DNA from: Acidobacteriota bacterium
GTDB lineage: Bacteria > Acidobacteriota > JAAYUB01
Direction of reading: 5' to 3'
Assembly (NCBI GenBank): GCA_040768985.1
Contig: JAXGLX010000002.1
Coordinates: 4,160,637-4,224,636, forward strand
DNA: 64,000 nucleotides
Below the pieces are notes generated by a model. It saw only the letters and a program-made list of their open reading frames with translations, was not told where the DNA came from and ran no database searches. A program made the position numbers and the translations under genes. This document shows positions 35,943 to 45,066 of the stretch, one piece after another. Every line of letters begins with the position of its first letter. The stretch's first letter is position 1.

Positions 35943-35950
35943 CGGAGGGC

Positions 35951-36604
35951 ATGCCGGACCCTGCGGACGTCCGCGCGATATTTGGACTGGGAAATCCGGG
36001 ATTGGCCTATCGGTTCAACAGGCACAATGCCGGATTTCTTTTTCTGGATCGCCTGCTGCGGGATGACCGCGTCACGCGGCTGGAGCGCCGCGACGAAGCG
36101 TCAAGCCGAGTCGATTGGGTGCTGTTGGGCGGCGCCCGCCTGCTGCTGGTCCGGCCGCAGACGTTCATGAATCTGAGCGGCGCGGCCTTCGGGGCCATCC
36201 TGGCGGCGCACGGATGGGAGCCCCGCCAGGCCCTGTTGATCTATGATGACCTGGATCTGCCGCTCGGGTCTTTTCGCCTGCGTTCGCGGGGAGCCCCGGC
36301 CGGGCACCGGGGTGTCCGGAGTATCCTGGAGAATGCCGGGACCACCGCCGTCCCGCGCCTGCGGATCGGGGTGGGGCCCCGGCCGCCGGAGGTCGAGGCC
36401 GCCGACTTCGTTCTGGCCGATTTCACGGCAGCCGAGCGGTCCCGGCTGGAGGCGGTGTTTGATGGGGCGGCGGATGCGCTGGTTTGCGTCCTGACCGAGG
36501 GATTGACGGTCGCAATGAGCCGTTACAATGTTCGCCGGACGCCGCCGGGCCCCGAATCCGGACCGGCGGCCGGGCTGGACGCAACGCAGGAAAAAAAGTT
36601 GTAA
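35951..36604 (+). CDS. pth: Peptidyl-tRNA hydrolase
   Basis: IFGLGNPGLAYRFNRHNAGFLFLDRL, catalytic His and Asp. Confidence 0.85.
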   Translation: MPDPADVRAIFGLGNPGLAYRFNRHNAGFLFLDRLLRDDRVTRLERRDEASSRVDWVLLGGARLLLVRPQTFMNLSGAAFGAILAAHGWEPRQALLIYDDLDLPLGSFRLRSRGAPAGHRGVRSILENAGTTAVPRLRIGVGPRPPEVEAADFVLADFTAAERSRLEAVFDGAADALVCVLTEGLTVAMSRYNVRRTPPGPESGPAAGLDATQEKKL

Positions 36605-36626
36605 TTTGGGGATTTTTTGATATAAT
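36594..36626 (+). promoter_or_regulatory. Candidate sigma70-type promoter for rpsF-rpsR-rplI
   Basis: Extended -10 TGATATAAT at 36618-36626, with TTGTAA 16 nt upstream. It sits in a local AT-rich island in otherwise 70% GC DNA. Confidence 0.4.
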
Positions 36627-36713
36627 CCGGACTTTCGCGAGCTGGGCCTTGCTTCGCCACCGGGGTCCACGGACAGTTGAACCTGTTGATAACACCTGCA
36701 AAGGAGTGATCCC

Positions 36714-37163
36714 TTGAGTAAGTATGAACTCGTTTATCTCGTCGCGCCCGATACGCCGGAAGAGCGGCAGGCGGACATCGCGGAGCGGCTGAAAGGCTTC
36801 ATCCAGCAACTGAACGGAACGCTGGACAGCCTGGATCTCTGGGAAAAGCGCAAGCTGGCGTACGAGATCAAGAAATTTCAGGAAGCGTTCTATTTTGTCG
36901 CCCGATTCGAGGGTGACGGCAAGCTGGTGGACGAGCTGGAGCGGCGCCTGCGCGTCGCCGATGAAGTGATCCGCTTCATCACCATCCGCAAGGACGACGA
37001 AATCAAGATCATGGAAAAGCGGCAACGATACTACAAGTCCCGCCGGGAAGGTCTGGAAAAGCGGAAGAAGAAGAACCCCCCGCCCACCGATCGCCCCGAA
37101 GCCGGCCATCACGGCGGACGGTCCCGCGCGAAAACGGAAAATGAGGTGAGCAGTCATGAGTGA
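36714..37163 (+). CDS. rpsF: 30S ribosomal protein S6
   Basis: TTG start with an AAGGAG RBS 7 nt upstream. [13 protein letters not shown]... S6 fold and a basic/Pro-rich C-terminal tail. Confidence 0.85.
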   Translation: MSKYELVYLVAPDTPEERQADIAERLKGFIQQLNGTLDSLDLWEKRKLAYEIKKFQEAFYFVARFEGDGKLVDELERRLRVADEVIRFITIRKDDEIKIMEKRQRYYKSRREGLEKRKKKNPPPTDRPEAGHHGGRSRAKTENEVSSHE

Positions 37164-37410
37164 AGGCACCGACAGACCCCAGCGGCGCTACGTGTACCGC
37201 AAGAAAAAGGTCTGCAAGTTCTGCGAAGAGAAGATCCCGTTCATTGATTACAAAGACGTGAACCTGCTGCGGCTGTTCGTCCCCGAGCGCGGACGCGTGC
37301 TGCCCAAGCGGCTGTCCGGCGTGTGCTCGTCCCATCAGCGCCAGTTGCGGAACGCGATCAAGCGCGCCCGCGTGGTCGCCCTGGTGCCGTTCGCGGCCGA
37401 CTCGTTCTGA
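37156..37410 (+). CDS. rpsR: 30S ribosomal protein S18
   Basis: [16 protein letters not shown]...[24 protein letters not shown]...QR.L..AIKRAR, a near-canonical S18. Overlaps the rpsF end. Confidence 0.9.
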   Translation: MSEGTDRPQRRYVYRKKKVCKFCEEKIPFIDYKDVNLLRLFVPERGRVLPKRLSGVCSSHQRQLRNAIKRARVVALVPFAADSF

Positions 37411-37454
37411 GCCGGCGGCGCGTTTTCCTGACAGCCCGACTGGAGATGACAGCG

Positions 37455-37925
37455 ATGAAGATCATTCTGATCCAAGAAGTGGATAACGTCGGCCGGCGCG
37501 GCCAGATCGTCAATGTCAGCGACGGCTATGCCCGCAATTATCTGATCCCCCGCAAGCTGGCCATGCCGGCCAGCGCGGCCAACCAGAAGTACGTCGAGAC
37601 ACAGAAGCTGAACTGGGCCAAACAGGAGGCCAAGCTCAAGGATGAGGCCGAAGTGCTCGCCAAGGCGTTGGGCGACGTGAGCATCGCCGTGGCCAAGAAA
37701 GTTGGCGAAGGCGACAGCCTGTACGGTTCCGTCACCACGATGGAGATCGCCGACGGCCTGTCGGCCCGGGGTTTCGCCATCGAGCGGCGCAAGATCCGGC
37801 TCGAGCACCCGATCAAGACCCTGGGCGAATACACGATTCCCATCAAGCTGCACGCCGAGGTGACCGCTCACATCAAGCTGCTGGTCCAGCGGGAAGGGGA
37901 GGCGGAAACCCCGGCAGAGGCATAG
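37455..37925 (+). CDS. rplI: 50S ribosomal protein L9
   Basis: MKIILIQEVDNVGRRGQIVNVSDGYARNYLIPRKLA. Internal ATG chosen, 9 nt after GGAG. Confidence 0.85.
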   Translation: MKIILIQEVDNVGRRGQIVNVSDGYARNYLIPRKLAMPASAANQKYVETQKLNWAKQEAKLKDEAEVLAKALGDVSIAVAKKVGEGDSLYGSVTTMEIADGLSARGFAIERRKIRLEHPIKTLGEYTIPIKLHAEVTAHIKLLVQREGEAETPAEA

Positions 37926-37968
37926 GCTCAGCCGCCGCTTCATCCGGCGGCGACACCCATCCGTTCTG

Positions 37969-38008
37969 AAGGGGCGCGCATTCCGGCTGCGCCCCTTCGC
38001 TTTTTGGG
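37969..38008 (+). terminator. Rho-independent terminator after rplI
   Basis: GGGGCGC...GCGCCCC stem followed by TTCGCTTTTT. Confidence 0.55.
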
Positions 38009-38044
38009 GCCGCGGGCCCGACCCGTCTGCTGCGAGGATTATCC

Positions 38045-39409
38045 ATGAAGGGGAACGTCTCATCGCCAACCGCACGCCAGTTGCCGCAGGATGTCGACAG
38101 CGAACGGGCGATCCTGGGGGCGGTGCTCGTCAACAACGAGCTGTTCCACACGATCAGTGACAAGCTGGTCCCCGAGGACTTCGCCCTGCCGCCTCACCAG
38201 GCCGTTTACGCGGCGATGGTGCAGCTGGCCCAGGGCCGGCAGCCGCTGGACGAGCTGACGCTCAAGAACGTGCTGGAAAGCATGCGGCTGGACGAGCCGG
38301 TCACCCTGGCCTACCTGACCTCGCTGTCGAACGGCTTCCCGCGGCTCGAGAACATCATCCACTACGTCGAGATCATCAAGCAGAAGGCCATCCTGCGCAA
38401 CCTGATCCGGGCGTCGGAATCGATCGCCGAGATCAGTTACGCCCAGGAGCGGAGCGCCATCGACGTCCTGCAGCAGGCCGAATCCTGGATCGGCCACATC
38501 TCGGAATCTTTCATCAAAAAGAACTACATGACGCTCTCCGACGCGCTGGAGCAGGCGTACCGTTACATTTCCCAACTGTACGAGGCCAAGACGTATCTGA
38601 CCGGGATTCCCACCGGCTTCCGGGACCTTGACCAGATGACCTGTGGCTTGCAGCGCGGCGAGCTGATCATCATCGCCGCCCGGCCGTCGATGGGCAAGAC
38701 CAGCTTCGCGCTGAATCTCGCCCTGCACGCGGCACTCAAGGAGAAACTGTCCGTGGCCGTGTTCTCGCTGGAAATGTCCGCCCGCCAGCTGGCGTTACGC
38801 CTCCTTTCCGCCAAGGCGCCCATCGACGGCCAGAAGCTGCGGAGCGGCTATTTCTCCAAGTCGGATTGGGAGGAGATCGGCCGGGCGGTCGCGGAACTGG
38901 ACCAGTCTAAAATCTACATCGACGAAACGGCCAACCTGACCCTGCTGGAGTTGATGACCAAGGCCCGGCGCCTCAAGAAGCAGTACAAGCTGGACATGGT
39001 GATCGTCGATTACCTGCAGTTGCTGGCGGGCAACCAGCGGTACGAGAACCGGGTGCAGGAGATCGCCGCCATCTCCCGGTCACTCAAGGCGATGGCCAAG
39101 GAACTGGATGCGCCGGTGGTGGCCCTGTCCCAGCTCAGCCGGGCACCGGAAACCCGCAAGGGTGACCACCGGCCGATGCTGGCCGACCTGCGGGAGTCCG
39201 GCTCGCTGGAGCAGGACGCCGACGTCGTGATGTTCATCTATCGCGGGGAAGTTTACGAGAAGGACGATCCGGACCTGGCCGGCAAGGCGGAACTCATCAT
39301 CGCCAAGCAGCGCAACGGCCCCGTGGCCAGCATCGACTTGGCGTTCCAGAAGGAGTTCAGCCGGTTTGTGCAGATGGACCCCCGGGGGGGGCGTCCTACC
39401 GAAACGTAA
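38045..39409 (+). CDS. dnaB: Replicative DNA helicase DnaB (no intein)
   Basis: N-terminal ERAILGAVLVNNELF. Walker A GELIIIAARPSMGKTSFALN, Walker B MVIVDYLQL, RecA-like motifs. 454 aa. Confidence 0.9.
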   Translation: MKGNVSSPTARQLPQDVDSERAILGAVLVNNELFHTISDKLVPEDFALPPHQAVYAAMVQLAQGRQPLDELTLKNVLESMRLDEPVTLAYLTSLSNGFPRLENIIHYVEIIKQKAILRNLIRASESIAEISYAQERSAIDVLQQAESWIGHISESFIKKNYMTLSDALEQAYRYISQLYEAKTYLTGIPTGFRDLDQMTCGLQRGELIIIAARPSMGKTSFALNLALHAALKEKLSVAVFSLEMSARQLALRLLSAKAPIDGQKLRSGYFSKSDWEEIGRAVAELDQSKIYIDETANLTLLELMTKARRLKKQYKLDMVIVDYLQLLAGNQRYENRVQEIAAISRSLKAMAKELDAPVVALSQLSRAPETRKGDHRPMLADLRESGSLEQDADVVMFIYRGEVYEKDDPDLAGKAELIIAKQRNGPVASIDLAFQKEFSRFVQMDPRGGRPTET

Positions 39410-40409
39410 AGAAAATCGTATCCCAGACCTTCACGCGGACGTTTCCCTTGCGGGCCGGCTTGTACTTGAAATTCCGGGCCGCATCTGTCGCGGCCTTGCC
39501 GAACCCGAACCCCTTGGGTGTCTCGTTGACCAGCTTGGCGTCGGCCACCGAACCGTTTTCGTCAACCAGCACACGAACGATCACCTGGCCGGATTTTTTC
39601 AACTGGCGGGCCAGCGCGGGCATCGATGGCGTCGAGCGCTTGGTGATTTCCGGCTTGATCACGTCGTCGGTCAGCGGGACCAGGTCGCCTTCCTTGACCT
39701 TGGGCTGGTCCGAGAGGGTGAACCCCCCTTCCATCGAGGAGGCCACGGCCGGAGTCGGTGTCGCCGCCGGGGTGCTGGCGGGCGGCGGCGTCGTGGCGGC
39801 CGCCGGCTGGGCCTGCGGCTGCGTCTGGGGCTGGGCCGGTGTCGCCGCCGGGGCCGGCTGGGTTGGCGCGGGGCGAACGGGGATCGTGGGCGCGGCTTCG
39901 GAGCCGCTGCTGATGGATGCCGACGATTCGATCCGGGCGGCCTGAACCACCGGGGCGGCGGCGCCGGAGCGCCCGGTGTCGCGGGCGGAGTCGTCGCGGC
40001 GATCGGCGCCGGGTTGCGGACTCGAGGCCACCGCGGCCGCGCTCGGCCGGTCGGCGGGCGCCTGGCCCGACGATCGGCCCTGGACGATCTGGGCGTCCAT
40101 GGAGTCGGTGCCGCCGGCGGCGATGTCGGCGGAACCGCCGGAGAAGATGCCGCTGCTCCCGCCCGAGAAGAACGCGAAATAGACGATTACGGCAATCACC
40201 GCCAGTCCGGCGATGATGCCGCCGACGATCAAGCCCACGTTCGACTTCTTCGTGTCTTCTTCATCGATCGCCAGGTCGGCCAGCCGGCTGGTCAGCGGCG
40301 CGGTGACAGCCGTCTCGGTTTCGATCCGTTCCGGCCTCTTTTTCAGCAACTTGGTGGTAGGAGCGGATTCGGGTTCCGGGATGTTCGGGTCGCGGTTCAT
40401 TGCGTCCAT
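39396..40409 (-). CDS. tonB: TonB-family energy transducer
   Basis: GGAGG RBS. N-terminal TM anchor (LIVGGIIAGLAVIAVIVYFAFF), Pro/Ala/Thr/Gln-rich spacer, C-terminal TonB domain (...VIVRVLVDENGSVADAKLV...NFKYKPARKGNVRVKVWDTIFFTF). Confidence 0.75.
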   Translation of the reverse strand: MDAMNRDPNIPEPESAPTTKLLKKRPERIETETAVTAPLTSRLADLAIDEEDTKKSNVGLIVGGIIAGLAVIAVIVYFAFFSGGSSGIFSGGSADIAAGGTDSMDAQIVQGRSSGQAPADRPSAAAVASSPQPGADRRDDSARDTGRSGAAAPVVQAARIESSASISSGSEAAPTIPVRPAPTQPAPAATPAQPQTQPQAQPAAATTPPPASTPAATPTPAVASSMEGGFTLSDQPKVKEGDLVPLTDDVIKPEITKRSTPSMPALARQLKKSGQVIVRVLVDENGSVADAKLVNETPKGFGFGKAATDAARNFKYKPARKGNVRVKVWDTIFFTFR

Positions 40410-40486
40410 AACCGACCTCCAAGACGATCTCTTCCCCAGTCATTTTAACATTTTATTCAGGGCCGGTTGAAAGAATGTGCTGTCGG

Positions 40487-41788
40487 TCACGTTTCAGCCG
40501 GCTGGGGGCGGTCGCCGAAGAAGGTCAGTTCCCGGACGGGCCGCCCCTGCACGAAGGTTTCCACGCAGTGGTTGACGCCGAACAGGTAGGGAATCTGGCG
40601 GTAGTTCGCGCAATCCATTATTGCCAGGTCGGCCCGTTTGCCCGGTTCCAGCGAGCCCCGATCATGCCCAAGCTCCAGCGCGTAGGCGCCGTTGATGGTG
40701 GCCGCCACCAGCGCCTCGGCGGGGGTCATCCGCATCTGGCTGCAGGCGACGGCGATCACCAGCTGCATGTTCGGGGTGAAACAGGTGCCCGGATTGAAAT
40801 CGGTTGCCAGCGCGACCGGCACGCCGGCATCGATGAGCGCCCGGGCCGGTGGGTAGGCGTCGAGACCGAGGTTGAAGGCGGTTCCGGGGAGCAGGCCCGC
40901 GATGACGCCCCGGGCGGCCATCGCCGCGATGCCGGCTGGACTGATGCGCTCCAAGTGGTCGGCGCTGACCGCGCCCACCTCGGCGGCCAATTCCGCCGCC
41001 CCGACGGCGGCCAGCTCGTCGGCGTGCAGCCGGGCTTTCAAGCCGAGCCGCTGGGCGGCCGTGATGATCTCGCGCGCCTCCGCCACCGAGAAGAAACCCT
41101 GGTCGCAGAACACGTCGACGTAGCGGGCCAGCCCCTCGCCGGCCACCGCGGGGAGCATCTGCCCGATGATCTGGTCCAGGTAGCCGCGGTGGTTCTGGCG
41201 GAACTCCAGCGGATAGGCGTGGGCGCCGAGAAAGGTCGGGACCAGATCCAGCGGGAGAAGTCGTCCGGCGGCGGCGATGGCGCGGAGGAGCTTGAGCTCG
41301 CTGGCGAGGCTGAGGCCATAACCGCTTTTCGCCTCGATGGTCGTCGTGCCGTGCGCCAGGAAGAGCCGGCCGAAACGGACCACGCTGGTCGTGATCTCCT
41401 CGAGGGTGGCTTGCTGGACGCGGCGGGCGCTGTTGAGAATCCCGCCGCCCTTGGCCGCGATCTCCTCGTAGGAAGCGCCCAAAATCCGCAGTTCGTATTC
41501 GTCCTCGCGCGTGCCCCAAAACGCGGGATGGGTGTGCGAATCCACGAAGCCGGGCAGCAGCACCACCGGCCGGTCGCGAAGATCAATGACCTGGGAATTC
41601 CGCGCGGCAATTTCCGGCATGATCGTGGCGGTGGGGCCGACGGCCAGGATCCGGCCGTCGCGGATCAGGATCGCGCCCGTCTCGACGAGACCGAGCTCCC
41701 GCAGCTCCGCCCCGCGGCGGGGGCGCGCCGGCCCGGCCATGGTCAGAATTTGACGGACGTTGATCAGAGCCAGCGAATCGGGTGTCAT
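40487..41788 (-). CDS. hutI: Imidazolonepropionase
   Basis: GFVDSHTHPAFWGTREDEYELRILGASYEEIAAKGGGILNSAR and HADEL metal-binding motifs. Start at the internal ATG (MTPDSLALI). The upstream part of the track ORF is artefactual. Confidence 0.8.
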   Translation of the reverse strand: MTPDSLALINVRQILTMAGPARPRRGAELRELGLVETGAILIRDGRILAVGPTATIMPEIAARNSQVIDLRDRPVVLLPGFVDSHTHPAFWGTREDEYELRILGASYEEIAAKGGGILNSARRVQQATLEEITTSVVRFGRLFLAHGTTTIEAKSGYGLSLASELKLLRAIAAAGRLLPLDLVPTFLGAHAYPLEFRQNHRGYLDQIIGQMLPAVAGEGLARYVDVFCDQGFFSVAEAREIITAAQRLGLKARLHADELAAVGAAELAAEVGAVSADHLERISPAGIAAMAARGVIAGLLPGTAFNLGLDAYPPARALIDAGVPVALATDFNPGTCFTPNMQLVIAVACSQMRMTPAEALVAATINGAYALELGHDRGSLEPGKRADLAIMDCANYRQIPYLFGVNHCVETFVQGRPVRELTFFGDRPQPAET

Positions 41789-42111
41789 TGCGTTCGGGCG
41801 TGCTCCATGTATTCCTGAATCCGCTCCAGTTCGCGGGGGCCGATGACCTCGTGCTTTTCCACGTAGGCGGCGGTGTCCAGCAGGAACTGGCGGTGGGCGT
41901 TTCGGGACAAGCGGCCGGCGTCCCGCCGGGCGCGCAACTCGACGAACCGGGCCTGAATCGCCGCCGCGTCTACTTCCGGAGCCAGCTTCTCCATGACGGT
42001 GTGTTCCACGACGAAATCGAGGAACTCCACATCGTGAGTCCGGAACAGGATGTACCCGCCGGCCAGCACCAGCAGGCCCACAACGGTGATAATCCAAAAT
42101 CGACGGCGCAA
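41785..42111 (-). CDS. Small hypothetical membrane-anchored protein
   Basis: 108 aa, N-terminal TM helix (FWIITVVGLLVLAGGYILF). 4-nt overlap with the hutI start. No recognisable domain. Confidence 0.35.
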   Translation of the reverse strand: MRRRFWIITVVGLLVLAGGYILFRTHDVEFLDFVVEHTVMEKLAPEVDAAAIQARFVELRARRDAGRLSRNAHRQFLLDTAAYVEKHEVIGPRELERIQEYMEHARTQ

Positions 42112-42190
42112 AGTGTTTGACCCTCGGCCTTTCTTTCTGCTACCATTTTAAAGGATTTGGTGCGAGTTTCAACGCGGTCGTGAATGCCGG

Positions 42191-43255
42191 ATGAAGAAAA
42201 ACGACGATCAGCGGTTGCTCCAGTTTCCCTCCGTCTTCAATCTGGAACCCGGCGGCAAGGCCGAGGTCAAGCCCGTTGAAGATGAGAACGCCCCCGAATG
42301 GCGCCGGGAAGTCAGCCGCAAGGTTGAAGAACATCGCAAGATGAAGGAGCTCCAGGACAACCTGGACATCCTCCGGCGGATCGACCCGCCCGGTGACGAC
42401 GCCGCAATTGCGGATCATGAGAAGACCCGGCTCGACGAGCGGTTCACCGCCACCCCGTCCGCGGCGCCGGCTGTGGGGGCCGCCATCCGGGACGAGCGCC
42501 TTCGGCAGGCGCTGCAGACGCCCAAGCCGCGGGACGGCGCGGCCCGCACCCACGTGGACAGCGACCTGAAGGAGAAGCTGGCGGATCAGCACCGCCAGTT
42601 GTTCAAGGATGCCGTTGTCGAGACGGACGAGGACACCACCGACTCCATCACCCAGCCCATCGCCTTCGACGAGTTGGACCTGGCCAAGAACCCCGCGCTC
42701 ATCTTCGAGGAAGAACCGGCGGCGGCGGAAGCGGAGGTCGCGGAGGAGCCCGTGTCCAGGTCCGAGTACGACCTGCCGCTGGGCGAACTGCTCAGCCGGT
42801 ACGAGCAGCGCGGCTCCCGGCCCCGGAAGGCGGCCGCGCCAACAGCCGATCGCACCTTGCTGGTCAGCCGGTTTCTGGCCGGCCTCATTGATTTCGTGCT
42901 GGTGACGGGGCTGGCAGTGGCGCTGCTGGCCATCGTTGCCTGGCTCACCGGCGGAGGGCTGTTCTCCCCGCGGATGGGCGCGCTGCTGGGCGGACTGTTC
43001 GTGCTGCTGCATTTCATCTACAGCTTCTACTTCCTTTTTCTGGGCGGCCAGACACCCGGCATGGCCATGGTGGGCCTCCAGGTGGTCCGAGCCGGTGACC
43101 GCGAGCTGCCGCCGCGGGCGATCCTGGTGCGCACCACCATCTACCTCCTGGCCGTCGCCTGCGCGGGCATCGGCCTGATCTGGGGCGTCTTCGACCGGGA
43201 AGCCAAGTGCTGGCAGGACATCTTGTCCGATTCCCACGTCACCCGGGTCGCCTGA
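42191..43255 (+). CDS. RDD-family membrane protein with a long acidic N-terminal region
   Basis: C-terminal RDD signature (R..AGLIDFVLV...LLHFIYSFYFLFLGGQTPGM...VVRAGD) and 3 TM helices. N-terminal 220 aa acidic and low-complexity. Confidence 0.6.
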   Translation: MKKNDDQRLLQFPSVFNLEPGGKAEVKPVEDENAPEWRREVSRKVEEHRKMKELQDNLDILRRIDPPGDDAAIADHEKTRLDERFTATPSAAPAVGAAIRDERLRQALQTPKPRDGAARTHVDSDLKEKLADQHRQLFKDAVVETDEDTTDSITQPIAFDELDLAKNPALIFEEEPAAAEAEVAEEPVSRSEYDLPLGELLSRYEQRGSRPRKAAAPTADRTLLVSRFLAGLIDFVLVTGLAVALLAIVAWLTGGGLFSPRMGALLGGLFVLLHFIYSFYFLFLGGQTPGMAMVGLQVVRAGDRELPPRAILVRTTIYLLAVACAGIGLIWGVFDREAKCWQDILSDSHVTRVA

Positions 43256-44967
43256 TCTTGCTCGAAGATTTTCACCTCCACCACCTCTGCCTGGGGCTGC
43301 GGCAGCGGCTCGTCGGTCTCCGGGTTGCGGACGTGCAGACCGCCGGCGCTACGCGCCTGCTGATCCGGTGGGAGGGCGCCGCGGCGCGCTGCCTGGTGCA
43401 GCTCGATCCGGACCGGCCCGCCATCCGGATCGTGGCCGCGGGAGGCCGGGGGGAATCCAGCGCGTGGGTGAATTGTCCGGTGGTGGCGGACGGGCTGGTG
43501 GGCCGCCGGCTTGCGGATCTGGCGAAGGCGCCCGACGACCGCCGCGTGGTGCTCGCTTTCGGCGATGCCGGCCGGTCGCCCCGGCTGATCGCCGAGGTGC
43601 GGCCCATCGCACCGTCCCTCCATCTGTGCGACGCCCGGGGCGTCGTCCGGTACGCGATGGGGCCGCTGCGCGCCCAGTTTCAGTCGGAAGGGGAGCCATA
43701 CCGCGAACCGGATCGCGCCGGTCGGGTGCCTCCCGAAGCCGGCCCGATCCGGGCACTGCTCGCCGGCACCGGGGCCGCCGTTCGGCGGACGCTGCTCGGT
43801 CGGGTGCAGCAGCTCAGCCCGCTCCTTCTGGACGAGGCGCTGGCCCGCGCGGGCGCCGATGATCCCGACGCTCTGGCCGCGGCGGTGGCGGCGGTGGTGG
43901 CGGAAGCGTACGCGCCGTCCGCGGGCGCCGTCCTGTACGTGCGGCAGCCGTGGCTGCCCGATGAATACCGCCTGGATCCCCGGCAGGACCTCCGCCTCAG
44001 TGCCTGCCCGCTGCACGTGTGCCGCGACTGGGCCGCGCGCCGGTTCGAGCGGTTCGAGGACGCGGCGGACTGCTGGCTCGACTACGCGGAGGCGCACCGG
44101 CGGTTCGCCGGACGGCGGGATGCCGCCATCCGCGCGCTGGGGGCGAAGCTGAAGAAGTGCGAGGTCCGCATCGCGGCGCTGGAGCGGGAGCTGGCGCGAG
44201 CCGCGGAGGCCGAAACAGGCCGGAAGTACGGCGAGTTGATCCTGGCCCATCTGCACCACCTGGGCGCGGCGCACCGGGGCGAGGCGGTGGAGGTGCCCGA
44301 CGTGTACCATCCCGGCGGCCCCGCCGTCCGCGTGCCCCTGGATCCGGAAAAGACCCTTCGTGAAAACGCCGACCTCTATTTCCGCCGCTGGCGCAAGGCG
44401 CGCCAGGCGCGCGAAATCCTGCCGGAGCGATTGCGGGCGGAACGCGACCGCCGGGCGGCGTTGGCGGGACATGCGGCGTCCGTCCGGACGGCCGTCCGTG
44501 AAAGCGATCTGGCTGCGGTGCCGGCAGCGGCCGGGCCGCAGTCGCCGGCGGTGCGCCAGCGGCCGGCCAAAGGAAGCGACGGAACGGGCCAGCGGTTTCG
44601 CCGGTTCCGGACCCGGGGCGGCCTGGCGGTGCGGGTGGGCCGGAGCGCCGCCGAGAACGACCGGCTGACGTTCGGGAGCAGCCGTCCGGATGACGTGTGG
44701 CTGCACGCCTCCGATTACGCCGGGTCCCACGTGGTCCTGACCTGGGGGCAGAAAGCGGAGCCGCCGCTGGCCGACCTGCGCGAGGCGGCGGCGGTGGCCG
44801 CCTGGTACTCGGGCGCCCGCCGCGAGCCGGCGGCGGACGTGCGCTGGACCCGCTGCAAGTACGTGCAAAAAGTGAAGGGGACCGCCGGACTGGTCCGGCT
44901 GATGAAAGTCAGGACGCTGCGGGTGGCGCCCGCCCTGCCCAAGGACGAACCCGAAGGGGAACCCTGA
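43207..44967 (+). CDS. NFACT-family protein (RqcH/Rqc2/FbpA-like ribosome-quality-control homologue)
   Basis: NFACT-N-like N-terminus (GRLILLEDFHLHHL...RLLIRWEG...PAIRIV). Central coiled coil (KLKKCEVRIAALERELARAAE). C-terminal NFACT-R/DUF814 motif DDVWLHASDYAGSHVVL. GTG start with a GGAAG RBS. Overlaps the RDD gene end by 49 nt. Confidence 0.55.
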   Translation: MLAGHLVRFPRHPGRLILLEDFHLHHLCLGLRQRLVGLRVADVQTAGATRLLIRWEGAAARCLVQLDPDRPAIRIVAAGGRGESSAWVNCPVVADGLVGRRLADLAKAPDDRRVVLAFGDAGRSPRLIAEVRPIAPSLHLCDARGVVRYAMGPLRAQFQSEGEPYREPDRAGRVPPEAGPIRALLAGTGAAVRRTLLGRVQQLSPLLLDEALARAGADDPDALAAAVAAVVAEAYAPSAGAVLYVRQPWLPDEYRLDPRQDLRLSACPLHVCRDWAARRFERFEDAADCWLDYAEAHRRFAGRRDAAIRALGAKLKKCEVRIAALERELARAAEAETGRKYGELILAHLHHLGAAHRGEAVEVPDVYHPGGPAVRVPLDPEKTLRENADLYFRRWRKARQAREILPERLRAERDRRAALAGHAASVRTAVRESDLAAVPAAAGPQSPAVRQRPAKGSDGTGQRFRRFRTRGGLAVRVGRSAAENDRLTFGSSRPDDVWLHASDYAGSHVVLTWGQKAEPPLADLREAAAVAAWYSGARREPAADVRWTRCKYVQKVKGTAGLVRLMKVRTLRVAPALPKDEPEGEP

Positions 44968-45066
44968 CCCGCCGGTCCTGCCAGCCGACGACCCGTGAAA
45001 ATGAAACGACCGGGCGCGGGGCCCGGTCGGGTGGTCGTTGGGCTCAGGAGACGAGCGGGAGGAGGA

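Noticed and set aside
40487-42097. Full 536-aa ORF for the imidazolonepropionase gene
   Set aside because: The first 103 codons (MDYHRCGPAGAGRR...) are Arg/Gly-rich and overlap a separate small gene. Homology begins at MTPDSLALINVRQIL, so the gene was trimmed to 40487-41788.
44968-45066. Possible small gene or ncRNA in the 99-nt gap after the NFACT gene
   Set aside because: No ORF with an RBS and no convincing hairpin plus U-tract. It was treated as a plain convergent intergenic spacer.
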